Notes: a model not told the origin generated them from the sequence alone. A stretch of DNA of 64,000 bases from Candidatus Collierbacteria bacterium GW2011_GWB2_45_17 (GCA_001001485.1 LCKO01000003.1:223-64222); one strand, 5' to 3'. Counted from the stretch's first letter, positions 37,496-47,736 are shown. Translations and numbers: made by a program.

Positions 37496-38631
37496 GAATT
37501 GGCATCGACGCTCGTCTTTATGGCTTGGAACACGCTGGCTTAGGCCGGTACGTTTTGGAGATGGTTAATCAAGTTTTAAAAACAGACACCAAAAATGAGT
37601 ATGTTTTATTTCTCACTTCCAGGCATGCCATGGAGTTTCAAAATAAAAAAAGAGTTAAAGTTGTCATTACCAATACGCCAATCTATGGTTTCCTGGAACA
37701 GATCGTTTTACCTTTTGTCTTTATGCGGGAGAGACTTGACCTTTTGCACATACCCCACTTCAATGCACCATTTTTGTACCCAGGAAAGATTATCCTTACT
37801 ATTCATGATCTGATCAAACATCAATCCAAGGGTAAAGAAACTACTACTAGACAGCCTTGGTTGTATTTTTTTAAAAGAGGTGGTTATTTGTTTTTGACCA
37901 ACATTATCGTCCATAGGGCGTCCCATATCATCGTTCCTTCAGAATTTGTCCGGAAGGATGTATCCAAAAAGCTTCACGTCAAGGTGGAGAAAATCACCGT
38001 AACCTATGAAGCAGTTTCTGGTAACCTTAAAAAGATCCGGCTTTCTGATTCGGGAAAACGCTTGATTCTTTCCCGTTACGGGCTCAGTCAGCCCTTCGTC
38101 GTCTATACAGGCAGTACTTATCCCCACAAAAATGTTGAGCTATTGATCGACGCCATTATCAAACACAATGAAAACAAAGAAGCCGATCTTCAGCTGGCTC
38201 TCATTGGTGCCCGACCGATATTTTGGGAGAGAATGCAAAAGAAAATTGAGGATCAAAGCCTTGGACACTGGATAAAACTTCTTGGCTTTGTCGACGATAA
38301 GAATGTCTCCAAACTGTACAGTCTGGCTCTTGCCCTTGTCCACCCCAGTAAGATGGAGGGTTTTGGTCTTACTGGTATGGAGGCGATGAATCTTGGTCTA
38401 CCGGTAATTTCCAGTTACGCTAGCTGTTTACCAGAAGTTTATGGGTCTGCCGCTCTGTTTTTTGATCCAGACAACGTTGAGGACTTGGTGGAAAAAATGG
38501 AAACTCTGATCTCAAGCACTGAATTAAGAAAAAGCCTTTCAGAAAAAGGACTGCTTCAAGCCAAAAAATATTCTTGGGAAAGAATGGGTAAGGAAACAGT
38601 TGCTGTCTACAACAGTCTTCTCAAAAAATGA
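37492..38631 (+). CDS. Glycosyltransferase family 4
   Basis: [27 protein letters not shown]. Confidence 0.92.
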   Translation: MRIGIDARLYGLEHAGLGRYVLEMVNQVLKTDTKNEYVLFLTSRHAMEFQNKKRVKVVITNTPIYGFLEQIVLPFVFMRERLDLLHIPHFNAPFLYPGKIILTIHDLIKHQSKGKETTTRQPWLYFFKRGGYLFLTNIIVHRASHIIVPSEFVRKDVSKKLHVKVEKITVTYEAVSGNLKKIRLSDSGKRLILSRYGLSQPFVVYTGSTYPHKNVELLIDAIIKHNENKEADLQLALIGARPIFWERMQKKIEDQSLGHWIKLLGFVDDKNVSKLYSLALALVHPSKMEGFGLTGMEAMNLGLPVISSYASCLPEVYGSAALFFDPDNVEDLVEKMETLISSTELRKSLSEKGLLQAKKYSWERMGKETVAVYNSLLKK

Positions 38632-39728
38632 AAGTTGCCCTCGTCTACGATCGAGTGAATAAGTTCGGCGGAGCCGAGCGCCTTATGCTGTCTCTACACC
38701 GTCTTTTTCCGGAGGCACCCATCTTTACTCTGGTTTACGAACCCTTGACCTCCGACTGGGCCAAAAGTATTACCGTTGTGCCAACCTTTCTTAACCAGAT
38801 TCCCTTCTTCAGGCAGTGGCACGAATGGCTGGCCCCCGTCGCCCCGCTAGCTTTCGAAACCCTTAATTTATCCGCCTATGACGTGGTTATCAGTGTTACC
38901 AGTAGTGATGCCAAGTCGGTTATCACCAAGCCTCACCAGTTACATATTTGTTACTGTCTCACTCCTAGCAGGTACTTTTGGAGTGGAGGAGGGGACTACG
39001 CAGACGATATAAAGTTTAAATTAATCCCTAGTTTTTTAAAAGAATATTTTAAATACGTTGATCTGGTTACCTCGGTCAGACCGGATCAATACCTCTCTAT
39101 TTCTAACGAAGTTAAGAATCGAGTAAAAGATTACTACAAAAGAAATTCCATCGTTATTCATCCTCCAATTGAAGATAGATTTTATACGAAACAACCAATT
39201 TCTCTTGATAACAGAGACTATTACTTAGTGGTATCTCGCCTAGTTCCTTATAAGAAAGTCGATCTGGCCATCTCCGCTTTCAATAAATTAAAGCTACCTC
39301 TGGTAATTGTCGGCACGGGCACAGAGATAGAAAAGCTTAAAAAACTTGCTTTACCCAACATCACTTTTGTTGGCTCGGTCGATGATCATCGACTCGCTCA
39401 GTATTATCGCCACGCTCAAGCAGTTATTTTTCCCCAAGTAGAAGACTTTGGTTTGGTTCCTCTTGAAGCTCAGGCCTGTGGTACTCCGGTCATCGCCTAC
39501 GCCAAGGGAGGTGCTCTGGAAACCGTCGTCCACCCAAAAACCGGTTATCTTTTTAAGGAACAAACCGTCGAATCGCTCATCTTCGCCGTCCGTGAATTCA
39601 GAAAGATAAGCTTCAACCCCAAAATCTGCCAAGAAAATGCTAATCGCTTTAATTACTCCCTCTTCTCCCAAAAGTTCTCCGGAGAGATAAATCGTCTTTG
39701 GAAAGAGCATCAAGCGAGCATCAATTAA
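38628..39728 (+). CDS. Glycosyltransferase family 4 (WbaZ-like mannosyltransferase)
   Basis: GGAER, SRLVPYKKVD, EDFGLVPLEAQACGTPVIA. Confidence 0.9.
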   Translation: MKVALVYDRVNKFGGAERLMLSLHRLFPEAPIFTLVYEPLTSDWAKSITVVPTFLNQIPFFRQWHEWLAPVAPLAFETLNLSAYDVVISVTSSDAKSVITKPHQLHICYCLTPSRYFWSGGGDYADDIKFKLIPSFLKEYFKYVDLVTSVRPDQYLSISNEVKNRVKDYYKRNSIVIHPPIEDRFYTKQPISLDNRDYYLVVSRLVPYKKVDLAISAFNKLKLPLVIVGTGTEIEKLKKLALPNITFVGSVDDHRLAQYYRHAQAVIFPQVEDFGLVPLEAQACGTPVIAYAKGGALETVVHPKTGYLFKEQTVESLIFAVREFRKISFNPKICQENANRFNYSLFSQKFSGEINRLWKEHQASIN

Positions 39729-39757
39729 ATTTTTAAGTTAAAATAAACATACCTTTT

Positions 39758-40408
39758 ATGTTCTACGACTTTCTAAAGCGCATCATCGACATCCTTTCGG
39801 CGATCATTTTAGGTATTTTATTTTTACCCATTTGGATCATCATCCCCATACTTTTGAAAATAGATTCACCCGGTCCGGTCTTGTACCTGCCGGAGCGAGT
39901 CGGCCAGAACGGCAAAAAATTTGGTATGTATAAGTTTAGATCCATGAAGATGTTTGAGGTGGACGGAGAAGTGGTTCACGCCGTCGAGTTTTGGCAACAC
40001 AACCCCAAACTATTCGAGAAATACAAGAAAAATGGTTGGAAACTGGAACTGGATGAGGACCCTCGTATAACCAAACTCGGAAAAGTTCTCCGGCAGACCA
40101 GTATCGATGAGATGCCCCAAGTGATTAACGTTTTTCGGGGAGAGATGAGTTTGGTCGGCCCCAGAGCTTACGTCGAGCCGGAGTTAAAGGACGCCGAAAA
40201 GAGATATGGAAAGACCATTACCAGCGTTATACAGGAAAGTCTTTCGGCCAAACCGGGGATTACCGGTCCTTGGCAGGTTTCTGGTCGCAATGAGATCCCC
40301 TGGAACCAAAGAGTGGCTATAGACGCCGACTACGCTAAGAGGCGTTCCATTCTTTACGACATCTACATTATCCTAAAAACTCCATTTGCTATGATAAGTA
40401 AGTGGTAA
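39758..40408 (+). CDS. Priming polyprenyl-phosphate phosphoglycosyl transferase (Bac_transf family)
   Basis: KRIIDI, YKFRSM, DPRITKLG..LRQTSIDEMPQ..MSLVGPR, KPGITGPWQVSGR. Confidence 0.95.
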   Translation: MFYDFLKRIIDILSAIILGILFLPIWIIIPILLKIDSPGPVLYLPERVGQNGKKFGMYKFRSMKMFEVDGEVVHAVEFWQHNPKLFEKYKKNGWKLELDEDPRITKLGKVLRQTSIDEMPQVINVFRGEMSLVGPRAYVEPELKDAEKRYGKTITSVIQESLSAKPGITGPWQVSGRNEIPWNQRVAIDADYAKRRSILYDIYIILKTPFAMISKW

Positions 40409-40419
40409 TAAGTCCTCCT

Positions 40420-42273
40420 ATGAAAAAAAAGTTCCTCTACCTTCTTTTACCCGTGCTAATTATCTTTACTCTTTTGGCCACCCTGGCGGGTTATGGCTAT
40501 TTTACAGCTAAGTCTTTTACCCCCCACATTGCTACTCTTCAAGAGACAGGCACCAAGCTTTCGGTTGCTTTTCAAGCCCAAGACCTGGTAGCCGCCAAAA
40601 CAGAGTCCCAAACTTTAAGGAAACAAATCGATGAACTAGATTCGAAATATCAAAAACTAAAATGGACTACCGTTATTCCTTTCTTGGGGAACTACTCCCA
40701 AGACGGTCAACACGGACTCAACGCCGGTAAATCTCTAGCCAAAACCATTGAGACATTAATTATCTCGGTCGAGCCATATGCCGATCTTCTTGGGTTCAAG
40801 ACCGGTCAGGCTACCCCTTCCGGGCAACCCAAAGCTCAAGGTATTGAAGATCGTATAGTTTTTATCGCTGAAACTCTAGACAAAATTAGTCCCGATCTGG
40901 ATAAAGTTGAAGCAGAGATGGTAATAGCCCAAAAAGAACTCGATCAAATAGATCCAGCACAATATCCCCAAACACTCATGGGGAAGAGTCTTCGTGGCAA
41001 AATAATCGAAATAAAATCGGCTGTGGGCGAATCCACCAAACTTCTATCGCAAGCCAAACCCTTGATAAAGCTGTTACCTGACCTACTCGGAAATCCGACC
41101 GCTAAAATTTACATGGTTCTTTTTCAAAACGATGCCGAGCTTCGGCCTACCGGTGGATTTATGACTGCCTACGCTTTTTTAAGGGTCACCAAAGGCAAGA
41201 TAGAACCTCTTTCGTCATTCGATATCTATGATCTGGATGCCCGCTTCAATAAAAAAATTCCTGCGCCTGAAGCCATCAAGAAGTATTTAAACGAAACCTA
41301 TTTAAATCTTCGTAACTCAAATATGTCTCCCGATTACAAAGTCTCCATGGATCTCTTCTATAAGTACTATCGCGACATTCCCGGCTTCCCCAAGCCAGAC
41401 GCCATCGTGGCTATCGACACCAAATTTCCGGTCGAAATTCTCAAGATTATTGGGGCTATCGGAGTTGGTGGCTGGGGGAACTTTGGTCCTCAAAATGATC
41501 CCGCCTGTGACTGTCCCCAGGTAGTCTACGCTCTAGAGCAAATTGCTGATCGACCTGTGGCCGGCTTTAGAACCGGTCGCAAAGCTGTCCTCGGGCCTCT
41601 GATGCACTCCATGATGGCTAATGCCATGGGTAGTCCAAAGCACCTTTGGCCAAAACTGATCAACGTTTTTCTGGACTCCATCAAACAAAAACATGTCCTT
41701 TTCTACTTCCTGGAAGATAAAACTCAGAAAATTGCCGAAGATTTTAACGCCGCCGGTCGGATTCAGCCCTACGCCTTTGATTATCTTCATATTAATGATG
41801 CCAACTTTGGTGGAGCCAAGTCCGATATGTACATCACTAGAGAGGTCGAGCAAGAAATCGAATCGACCGGCGGTGTGGTCACCAAGACCGTTACCTTAAG
41901 TTACAACAATCCCCGAAAAGGCAGTAACTGCAATCTGGAAGCTGGCCAACTCTGTCTTAATGGAGTCTATCGAGATTATGTGAGACTCTTGGTTCCTAAA
42001 GGCTCAAAACTTATTTCTGTTATCGGCTCCGAAGTCAAAGAACAGGTTTCCGAAGATCTGGACAAGACAGTTTTTGAAGCTTTCTTCACCATGAGACCTC
42101 AGTCTCAAAGTAAGATTGTTTTTAAGTACGAACTCCCTCCACTTGAACTATCTACCTATAAACTACTTATCCAAAAACAACCAGGGCTTCCAAACGTCAG
42201 ACATACCATCACCTTAAATGGCAATCAAACTGTCGTCGATATTGATCAGGATCAAGAATTGGTTTTGAACTAG
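40420..42273 (+). CDS. DUF4012 domain-containing protein
   Basis: N-terminal TM, helical region, LFQNDAELRPTGGF, RNSNMSPD, DANFGGAKSD. Confidence 0.85.
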   Translation: MKKKFLYLLLPVLIIFTLLATLAGYGYFTAKSFTPHIATLQETGTKLSVAFQAQDLVAAKTESQTLRKQIDELDSKYQKLKWTTVIPFLGNYSQDGQHGLNAGKSLAKTIETLIISVEPYADLLGFKTGQATPSGQPKAQGIEDRIVFIAETLDKISPDLDKVEAEMVIAQKELDQIDPAQYPQTLMGKSLRGKIIEIKSAVGESTKLLSQAKPLIKLLPDLLGNPTAKIYMVLFQNDAELRPTGGFMTAYAFLRVTKGKIEPLSSFDIYDLDARFNKKIPAPEAIKKYLNETYLNLRNSNMSPDYKVSMDLFYKYYRDIPGFPKPDAIVAIDTKFPVEILKIIGAIGVGGWGNFGPQNDPACDCPQVVYALEQIADRPVAGFRTGRKAVLGPLMHSMMANAMGSPKHLWPKLINVFLDSIKQKHVLFYFLEDKTQKIAEDFNAAGRIQPYAFDYLHINDANFGGAKSDMYITREVEQEIESTGGVVTKTVTLSYNNPRKGSNCNLEAGQLCLNGVYRDYVRLLVPKGSKLISVIGSEVKEQVSEDLDKTVFEAFFTMRPQSQSKIVFKYELPPLELSTYKLLIQKQPGLPNVRHTITLNGNQTVVDIDQDQELVLN

Positions 42274-42275
42274 CT

Positions 42276-42815
42276 GTGTGGTCGTCATACTCAGATAACG
42301 GCATCGTCATCCGGTCGGTTGATTCGGGAGAAGCCGATAAATTTGTCTCCATTATTACCGAAAATCACGGTTTAGAAAGTTTTTTGGCGAGAGGTGCCCG
42401 CAGAATTACTTCCAAAAAAGCCTCTCATTTGGACATGTTAAATCTTGTTCGTTTTAGTGTTGGTCGAGGAGTAAACCCGCGTTTTTTAAATCAAGTCGAG
42501 TCAGAAGTTTTTTTTCCGGCTATCAAAGCCGATTACGCCAAGATTGGACTATGTCTCACTTTTGCTGAAATCCTTAACCAGCTGTTACCCTTTGATGTGG
42601 AAGACAGAGAAATCTATCTATCCTTCAAGACTTTCCTGGAAACTTTGGAAACCACTACCGGTAAAAAAGAAACCAACCAGCTTGCCCGCCGCTTCGGTTT
42701 GTTTTTGATGCGCCATCTGGGTTATCCTCCACCCAAGTTCCCTGACACCGACAATCTCTCTGGCTACTTTGAGTCCATCATGAGTCGCAAGATTATCAGC
42801 ACCGAAATACGCTAA
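42276..42815 (+). CDS. recO: DNA repair protein RecO (short form)
   Basis: GIVIRS..GEADKFVSIITENHG..ARGARRITSK. Confidence 0.85.
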   Translation: MWSSYSDNGIVIRSVDSGEADKFVSIITENHGLESFLARGARRITSKKASHLDMLNLVRFSVGRGVNPRFLNQVESEVFFPAIKADYAKIGLCLTFAEILNQLLPFDVEDREIYLSFKTFLETLETTTGKKETNQLARRFGLFLMRHLGYPPPKFPDTDNLSGYFESIMSRKIISTEIR

Positions 42816-42825
42816 AATAATATTT

Positions 42826-43686
42826 ATGAAACGAAACAAACTCTACCTTTTCGTGGCTTTAGGCTTGGTTATTCTTTTAACGGCCATCTTCTTTATTGTA
42901 AAAGGAACCCAAAAGGAAAAACCCTTACTCCCTAAAAAACAATCTCCTCTAACCACCAGGATTTTAATCAACGAACTACCTTTGGCCGATAGACCATTTA
43001 CGGTTTTGGTTCCCCATGCCACCAATCGTTTATTTACCTTTGTGACCATTGGCGCCGACAAAGCCAGCTCCGCTTCGCTAGACCTCGAATATCAGTCCGG
43101 TGATCTGCTTAAAGGCGCCCGCGCTTCGATCGACTCACCTATCGCCAGTCCCTTTGTTAAAGCCATTATTTTGGGCAGTTGTTCTACCGGAGGCAAATGC
43201 ACGTTTGATACCGATCTCAAGTCGGGTACTGAGAAATTAAAACTTACCTTTCCCGGTCAAGACGTCACTCACTTACTCAAGGGTGACTTTGTCTTTATTG
43301 CCGGTCAGAAGAACTTTCCGGACGGAAAGGTAACCTTTGAGCCATCAAAGTTAACCGCCAAATCGAATCTGATTATGATGAACTCTCTTGGTCTTCCTCG
43401 ACCAGCCGAAAAGGAAGTCTTACTTTATCCTATTGTCATTTCCGCGACTGACAACAAAGTGGTTTCCGGATCAATGACCATTGCTCAAGCTGGTGTCACT
43501 TCGGCCGCTATCTACGATGGCACCACCTACCAACCCTTGAAGTTTTCCGAAAGCGGGGGAGTCTTAAAGATTTCCCTGAATCACCAACCTTGGTCTATGA
43601 ACGCCGAGATCACCCGCGATGACGAAAAGGGGACACCGGAATTTCTCACTCTCTACCTCCTCGGCCCCATTGTGCTATACAAATAA
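42826..43686 (+). CDS. Membrane-anchored hypothetical protein
   Basis: N-terminal TM; INELPLADRP; LGSCSTGGKCTFD cysteine pair. Confidence 0.7.
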   Translation: MKRNKLYLFVALGLVILLTAIFFIVKGTQKEKPLLPKKQSPLTTRILINELPLADRPFTVLVPHATNRLFTFVTIGADKASSASLDLEYQSGDLLKGARASIDSPIASPFVKAIILGSCSTGGKCTFDTDLKSGTEKLKLTFPGQDVTHLLKGDFVFIAGQKNFPDGKVTFEPSKLTAKSNLIMMNSLGLPRPAEKEVLLYPIVISATDNKVVSGSMTIAQAGVTSAAIYDGTTYQPLKFSESGGVLKISLNHQPWSMNAEITRDDEKGTPEFLTLYLLGPIVLYK

Positions 43687-44220
43687 TTCATCCTGCTCCC
43701 AATTGATCGGATTGTTGTGGATATATTCTTGAATGCGGTTTAAATCTCCCTCGTCGCGGACAATATGTTCATAATAATTTCGTTGCCAAATTTTACCCAA
43801 AAACGAATCATTGTTTTTGTAAATATGCAGGCAGGAATTATATACAGAAGATTTATACGCACCAATTATATTTCCGATATGTGTAGGGGCAACCCTTGCG
43901 GTTGCCCGATTCTTTCCACCATAATTGTCGTTTACACGGGCACCCGCAAGGGGTGCCCCTACGATAATAATTCCGTGTACATGATTCGGCATAATAATAA
44001 ACGAACCCATTTCGGTATTCAGAAATCGTTTGGGCAATTTCACCCATTCATTTTTTACAATATTCCCAATCTCATTCAATTTCATATTTCCATCCACCAC
44101 CTCCCCAAACAAACATCTTCTGTCTTGGGTGCATATCGTCACAAAATACATCCCTCTTTGCGAATAATCATATTCTTTCAATCTAATTGACCTTCGTTGT
44201 GGAAACCCATCTCTCACCAA
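43675..44220 (-). mobile_element. REP-associated tyrosine transposase (RAYT, IS200-like Y1 HUH)
   Basis: RRSIRLKEYDYS..YFVTICT, IMPNHVHGII (HUH), WQRNYYEHIVR, YIHNNP. Confidence 0.92.
43883..43962. repeat. GTAG-type REP doublet inside the RAYT coding sequence
   Basis: GTAGGGGCAACCCTTGCGGTTGCCC (43883-43907) and inverted GGGCACCCGCAAGGGGTGCCCCTAC (43938-43962). Confidence 0.9.
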
Positions 44221-44239
44221 ATAATATTATCACCTGTCT

Positions 44240-44260
44240 ATCCTGAGCCAGCCGAAGGAT
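44240..44260 (+). repeat. Short element ATCCTGAGCCAGCCGAAGGAT upstream of the RAYT
   Basis: ATCCT..AGGAT arms; resembles the CCTGAGCnnGTCGAAGG type of interspersed repeat; single copy in the window. Confidence 0.45.
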
Positions 44261-44305
44261 TTTCACATCTTCTTCACACGTGCTGTTTTGTGGCTAAATA
44301 GACCC

Positions 44306-44360
44306 TTGACATTTATATATTTTGTATCATACTAAAAAGTGGTGACAAGTGGTGAAGTAA
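44306..44360 (+). promoter_or_regulatory. dcw promoter with MraZ-binding direct repeats
   Basis: TTGACA (44306), CATACT (44328), then AAGTGGTGAC-AAGTGGTGAA with a 10-bp period, like GTGG MraZ boxes. Confidence 0.75.
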
Positions 44361-44392
44361 CCTATAAATACCACTAGACCTGCCTATGAACT

Positions 44393-44824
44393 ATGTTTAC
44401 TGGACGCTACTACCATTCGATCGAAGCCAAAGGTCGCTTAGCTATTCCCAAGACTTTCAGGGAAGAACTCGGATCCGGTGGAGTCATCACCTGGGGGCTG
44501 GACGGCTGTCTGTTTCTTTTCCCGGCCTCATACTGGCAGAAGTTCTCCGATCAGCTGGCCTCCCTGTCTCTCACCAATCCCAGCGCGCGGAATTTAACGC
44601 GTCTCTTAGTTCAGTCGGCCCAAGATCTGGATCTAGACCATCAAGGAAGAACCCTCATTCCGGACTATCTGAGACAACAAGCCAATCTAAAAAAGCAAGT
44701 GGTCGTCGCCGGATCATTGACCAGAATTGAAATCTGGGATCGGGAGACGTATCACCAGCACCTTGACTTAATAGCGCAAAAAATTAATGAAGGCGGAGAA
44801 GACTTCGCCTCACTCGATATATGA
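44393..44824 (+). CDS. mraZ: Transcriptional regulator MraZ
   Basis: MFTGRYYHSIEAKGRLAIP, LDHQGRTLIP, RIEIWD. Confidence 0.95.
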   Translation: MFTGRYYHSIEAKGRLAIPKTFREELGSGGVITWGLDGCLFLFPASYWQKFSDQLASLSLTNPSARNLTRLLVQSAQDLDLDHQGRTLIPDYLRQQANLKKQVVVAGSLTRIEIWDRETYHQHLDLIAQKINEGGEDFASLDI

Positions 44825-45759
44825 CGACTCTTCAAACTAGACATTTCTCGGCTTTCAAAAACGAACTTAGTTCTCACTATGGATTCAAGTCTGGGTACTG
44901 TTTTTTAGATCTGACTTTGGGCGATGGGGGACACACCGAAGAAGCCCTCAAGGCCGGTTGCCGGGTAGTTTCTTTTGATCTGGATGCTTCAGCCATACAG
45001 CGCGCCTTAGATTTTGTTCCCAAAGATTTTCCCTCAATTGTTATTGATCCGGAAACTTTTCAGGGAACTATCTCTACCGATTTTGTCTGGGTCATTATTA
45101 AATCCAATTTTGTCAAAGTCACCGAAATTGCCAAACAACTGTCTCTACCCAAGTTTAACGGTCTCATAGCCGACCTGGGTCCGTCACAATTCCAAGTTCT
45201 TTCTCCAGGCAGAGGTTTCAGTTTTTTAATCGATGAACCTCTGGACATGAGGCTGGATAACACTTTGGGAGTGACGGCCGCCGATCTACTGGCAGTTCTA
45301 AACGAAGGTGAACTGGCTGATCTTTTTAGGATCGCCGACGAACCTTTCTCCAAACCATTAGCTCGCATTATCGTTAAACAAAGGCAATTAACACCAATCG
45401 CTACCACCAAACAACTCGCCGATCTAGTCAGTCGGGTAAAAAAATTCCAAATTCGAGGAAGAATTCATCCTGCCACTCAAGTTTTTATGGCTCTTCGAAT
45501 GGCAGTTAATCTAGAAAGAGACAGTCTTCGTCAATTACTGCCCCAACTTCCCGATTTACTTCTAAAAAATGGAGTCATGGGCATCATAAGTTTCCATTCC
45601 GGAGAAGACAAGTTGGTCAAAGACTTTATTTCCGAAATGGAAGAACAGCAAGTTTTGAGCGCTATTAACACCAAGCCGATTGAACCCTCGGATAAAGAAT
45701 TACAAATTAGTCAAAGAACCAGAAGTGCCAAACTTAGACTCGCTAAAAAAATTAATTAA
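44821..45759 (+). CDS. rsmH: 16S rRNA m4C1402 methyltransferase
   Basis: DLTLGDGGH, RGFSF..PLDMR, HPATQVFMALRMAVN, ISFHSGED, RSAKLR. Confidence 0.95.
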   Translation: MTTLQTRHFSAFKNELSSHYGFKSGYCFLDLTLGDGGHTEEALKAGCRVVSFDLDASAIQRALDFVPKDFPSIVIDPETFQGTISTDFVWVIIKSNFVKVTEIAKQLSLPKFNGLIADLGPSQFQVLSPGRGFSFLIDEPLDMRLDNTLGVTAADLLAVLNEGELADLFRIADEPFSKPLARIIVKQRQLTPIATTKQLADLVSRVKKFQIRGRIHPATQVFMALRMAVNLERDSLRQLLPQLPDLLLKNGVMGIISFHSGEDKLVKDFISEMEEQQVLSAINTKPIEPSDKELQISQRTRSAKLRLAKKIN

Positions 45760-46033
45760 TTACCACTTCGTATTTATTACGACAGCGGTTCTATTTGTAG
45801 GCTTAACCGTTATCAACCTGGTCGGTACCAACATTCTTGCGACCCAAGGTTTTGCCGTCAGTGAGTCAGACTCCAAAACCTTTATGCTGGAAAAAGAAAA
45901 CCAACGACTGTCTGTTAAGATAGAAGAGTCTGTTAGGCTCAGCGATCTGGAAGAGAAGGCTAAACAAAGTGGCTTTATTAGGTCCAAAAGTATTGTCTAT
46001 CTACCCACTCCGCCGACCTTTGCTTCCAGATAA
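45680..46033 (+). CDS. ftsL: Cell division protein FtsL-like (start uncertain)
   Basis: TM helix plus coiled coil (LEKENQRL..LEEKAKQSGF); lies between rsmH and ftsI. Confidence 0.7.
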   Translation: MNPRIKNYKLVKEPEVPNLDSLKKLINYHFVFITTAVLFVGLTVINLVGTNILATQGFAVSESDSKTFMLEKENQRLSVKIEESVRLSDLEEKAKQSGFIRSKSIVYLPTPPTFASR

Positions 46034-46036
46034 TTC

Positions 46037-47710
46037 ATGTTAAAAACTTTTGGAATCACTCTCACTCGACTTAGGGTCGTTTCCTATCTGATTCCGATCA
46101 TTACTCTCGTTTTAATTGGCAGACTTTTTTATTGGATGGTTCTGCGCGGACCGGAACTTCAGACAAAGGCCAGTCGCCAGCACGAAACAGTCACCGTCTT
46201 AAAAGCCAAAAGAGGTAACATTTTAGACTCCGAAGGCAGTGTTCTGGCCGGCACTAAAAATCTTTACCACCTATTCGTCTACAAACCTCAGTTAACCATT
46301 TCCAAAAATGACTTGGTAGAAAAGCTCCTTATCGCTTTAAAGACCGACCAAGAAGCCAGCACCGAGGCCGCACTAAGAACCTTTATCCAGGGGAGGCTTT
46401 CTCTGGATTCAAATTGGATTTCTCTTAAACACTACCTCTCCGACGATGAGAAAACCAAGATCGAGTCGGAAAAAATCGCCGGCCTTGGTTTTGAAGATGA
46501 GTTTGTCCGGTATTATCCAGACGCCAGTTTATCGGGACAAGTCCTCGGTTTCGTCGGTCAAGATGCTTCCGGGGGAGAGCAGGGTTATTTTGGTCTGGAA
46601 GGTTACTTCGATAGATTGCTTAAAGGTCGCGAGGGTAAGATCAGAACCGAAAGAGACGCTCAGGGAAATCCGATTTTGATCGGCAACTATCAATTTTTTC
46701 ATTCCGTTGAAGGGAAAACTCTCCAAACTTCTTTGGACAAGAGAATGCAGTATCTTTCGGAGATCCAGCTCAAAGAAGGTCTGGCCAAATATCAAGCCAA
46801 ATCAGGCAGTGTCATCATTTTAGAAACCACCACGGGTAAGGTCAGAACCATGGCTTCGTTTCCCAATTACGACCCGGGTAAATTTTCCGAGTTCGATAAA
46901 TCTACTTATAAAAACCCGGCCGTCGCTGATCTCATTGAACCGGGGTCGGTGTTCAAACCTCTTATTATGGCCGCCGCTTTGAATGAAAAATTAATTACAC
47001 CGGAGACCCAGTGCGACATCTGTGCCGGTCCTATTACTATCGGCAAGTATGTCATCAGAACTTGGGACGAAAAATATAATCCTCTCACCACCATGACCGA
47101 TGTCATCGTTCACTCCGACAACACCGGTATGGTTTTTGTGGCGCGTAAGTTAGGGAAAGAAAAATTTTCCGAGTACCTGAAACAATATGGTTTTGGTAAA
47201 AAAACCAAGATTCAGCTCCAAGAAGAAGTAGCTGGCTCGATCAGGGAAGCCAAAAACTACGGCGACATCGATCTAGCCACCAACTCTTTTGGTCAGGGCA
47301 TTGCCGTTACTCCTCTTCAGCTAGTCTCGGCTATGAACACTCTAGCAAATAAGGGGGTTTACATTTCGCCCTCTTTAGTCGAAGGAGACATTCCGGCGAC
47401 GAGACGGATTCTGAGCCCGGAAGCCGTCGCCGAGATGACTCAAATCATGATCCAGGCTGTTGACAGTGGAGAAGCCAAGTGGGCCAAGCCTAAGGGCCTC
47501 TCCGTCGCCGGTAAAACAGGTACGGCTCAGATCCCCATCGAAGGTCACTACGATCCGGAAAAGACGATCGCGAGTTTCATAGGCTTTTTCCCCGCCCAGG
47601 AACCTAAATACACCATGTTGGTCACCCTCAGGGAGCCTCAAACCTCACCTTGGGGATCGGAAACTGCCGCTCCTCTTTGGTTTGCTTTAGCCAAACAGCT
47701 TTTGCTATAA
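46037..47710 (+). CDS. ftsI: Class B penicillin-binding protein (FtsI-like)
   Basis: RGNILD, RYYP, EPGSVFK (SxxK), SDN, GKTGTAQ. Confidence 0.9.
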   Translation: MLKTFGITLTRLRVVSYLIPIITLVLIGRLFYWMVLRGPELQTKASRQHETVTVLKAKRGNILDSEGSVLAGTKNLYHLFVYKPQLTISKNDLVEKLLIALKTDQEASTEAALRTFIQGRLSLDSNWISLKHYLSDDEKTKIESEKIAGLGFEDEFVRYYPDASLSGQVLGFVGQDASGGEQGYFGLEGYFDRLLKGREGKIRTERDAQGNPILIGNYQFFHSVEGKTLQTSLDKRMQYLSEIQLKEGLAKYQAKSGSVIILETTTGKVRTMASFPNYDPGKFSEFDKSTYKNPAVADLIEPGSVFKPLIMAAALNEKLITPETQCDICAGPITIGKYVIRTWDEKYNPLTTMTDVIVHSDNTGMVFVARKLGKEKFSEYLKQYGFGKKTKIQLQEEVAGSIREAKNYGDIDLATNSFGQGIAVTPLQLVSAMNTLANKGVYISPSLVEGDIPATRRILSPEAVAEMTQIMIQAVDSGEAKWAKPKGLSVAGKTGTAQIPIEGHYDPEKTIASFIGFFPAQEPKYTMLVTLREPQTSPWGSETAAPLWFALAKQLLL

Positions 47711-47736
47711 GAACGGATAAAGATTAAAATAGACCA

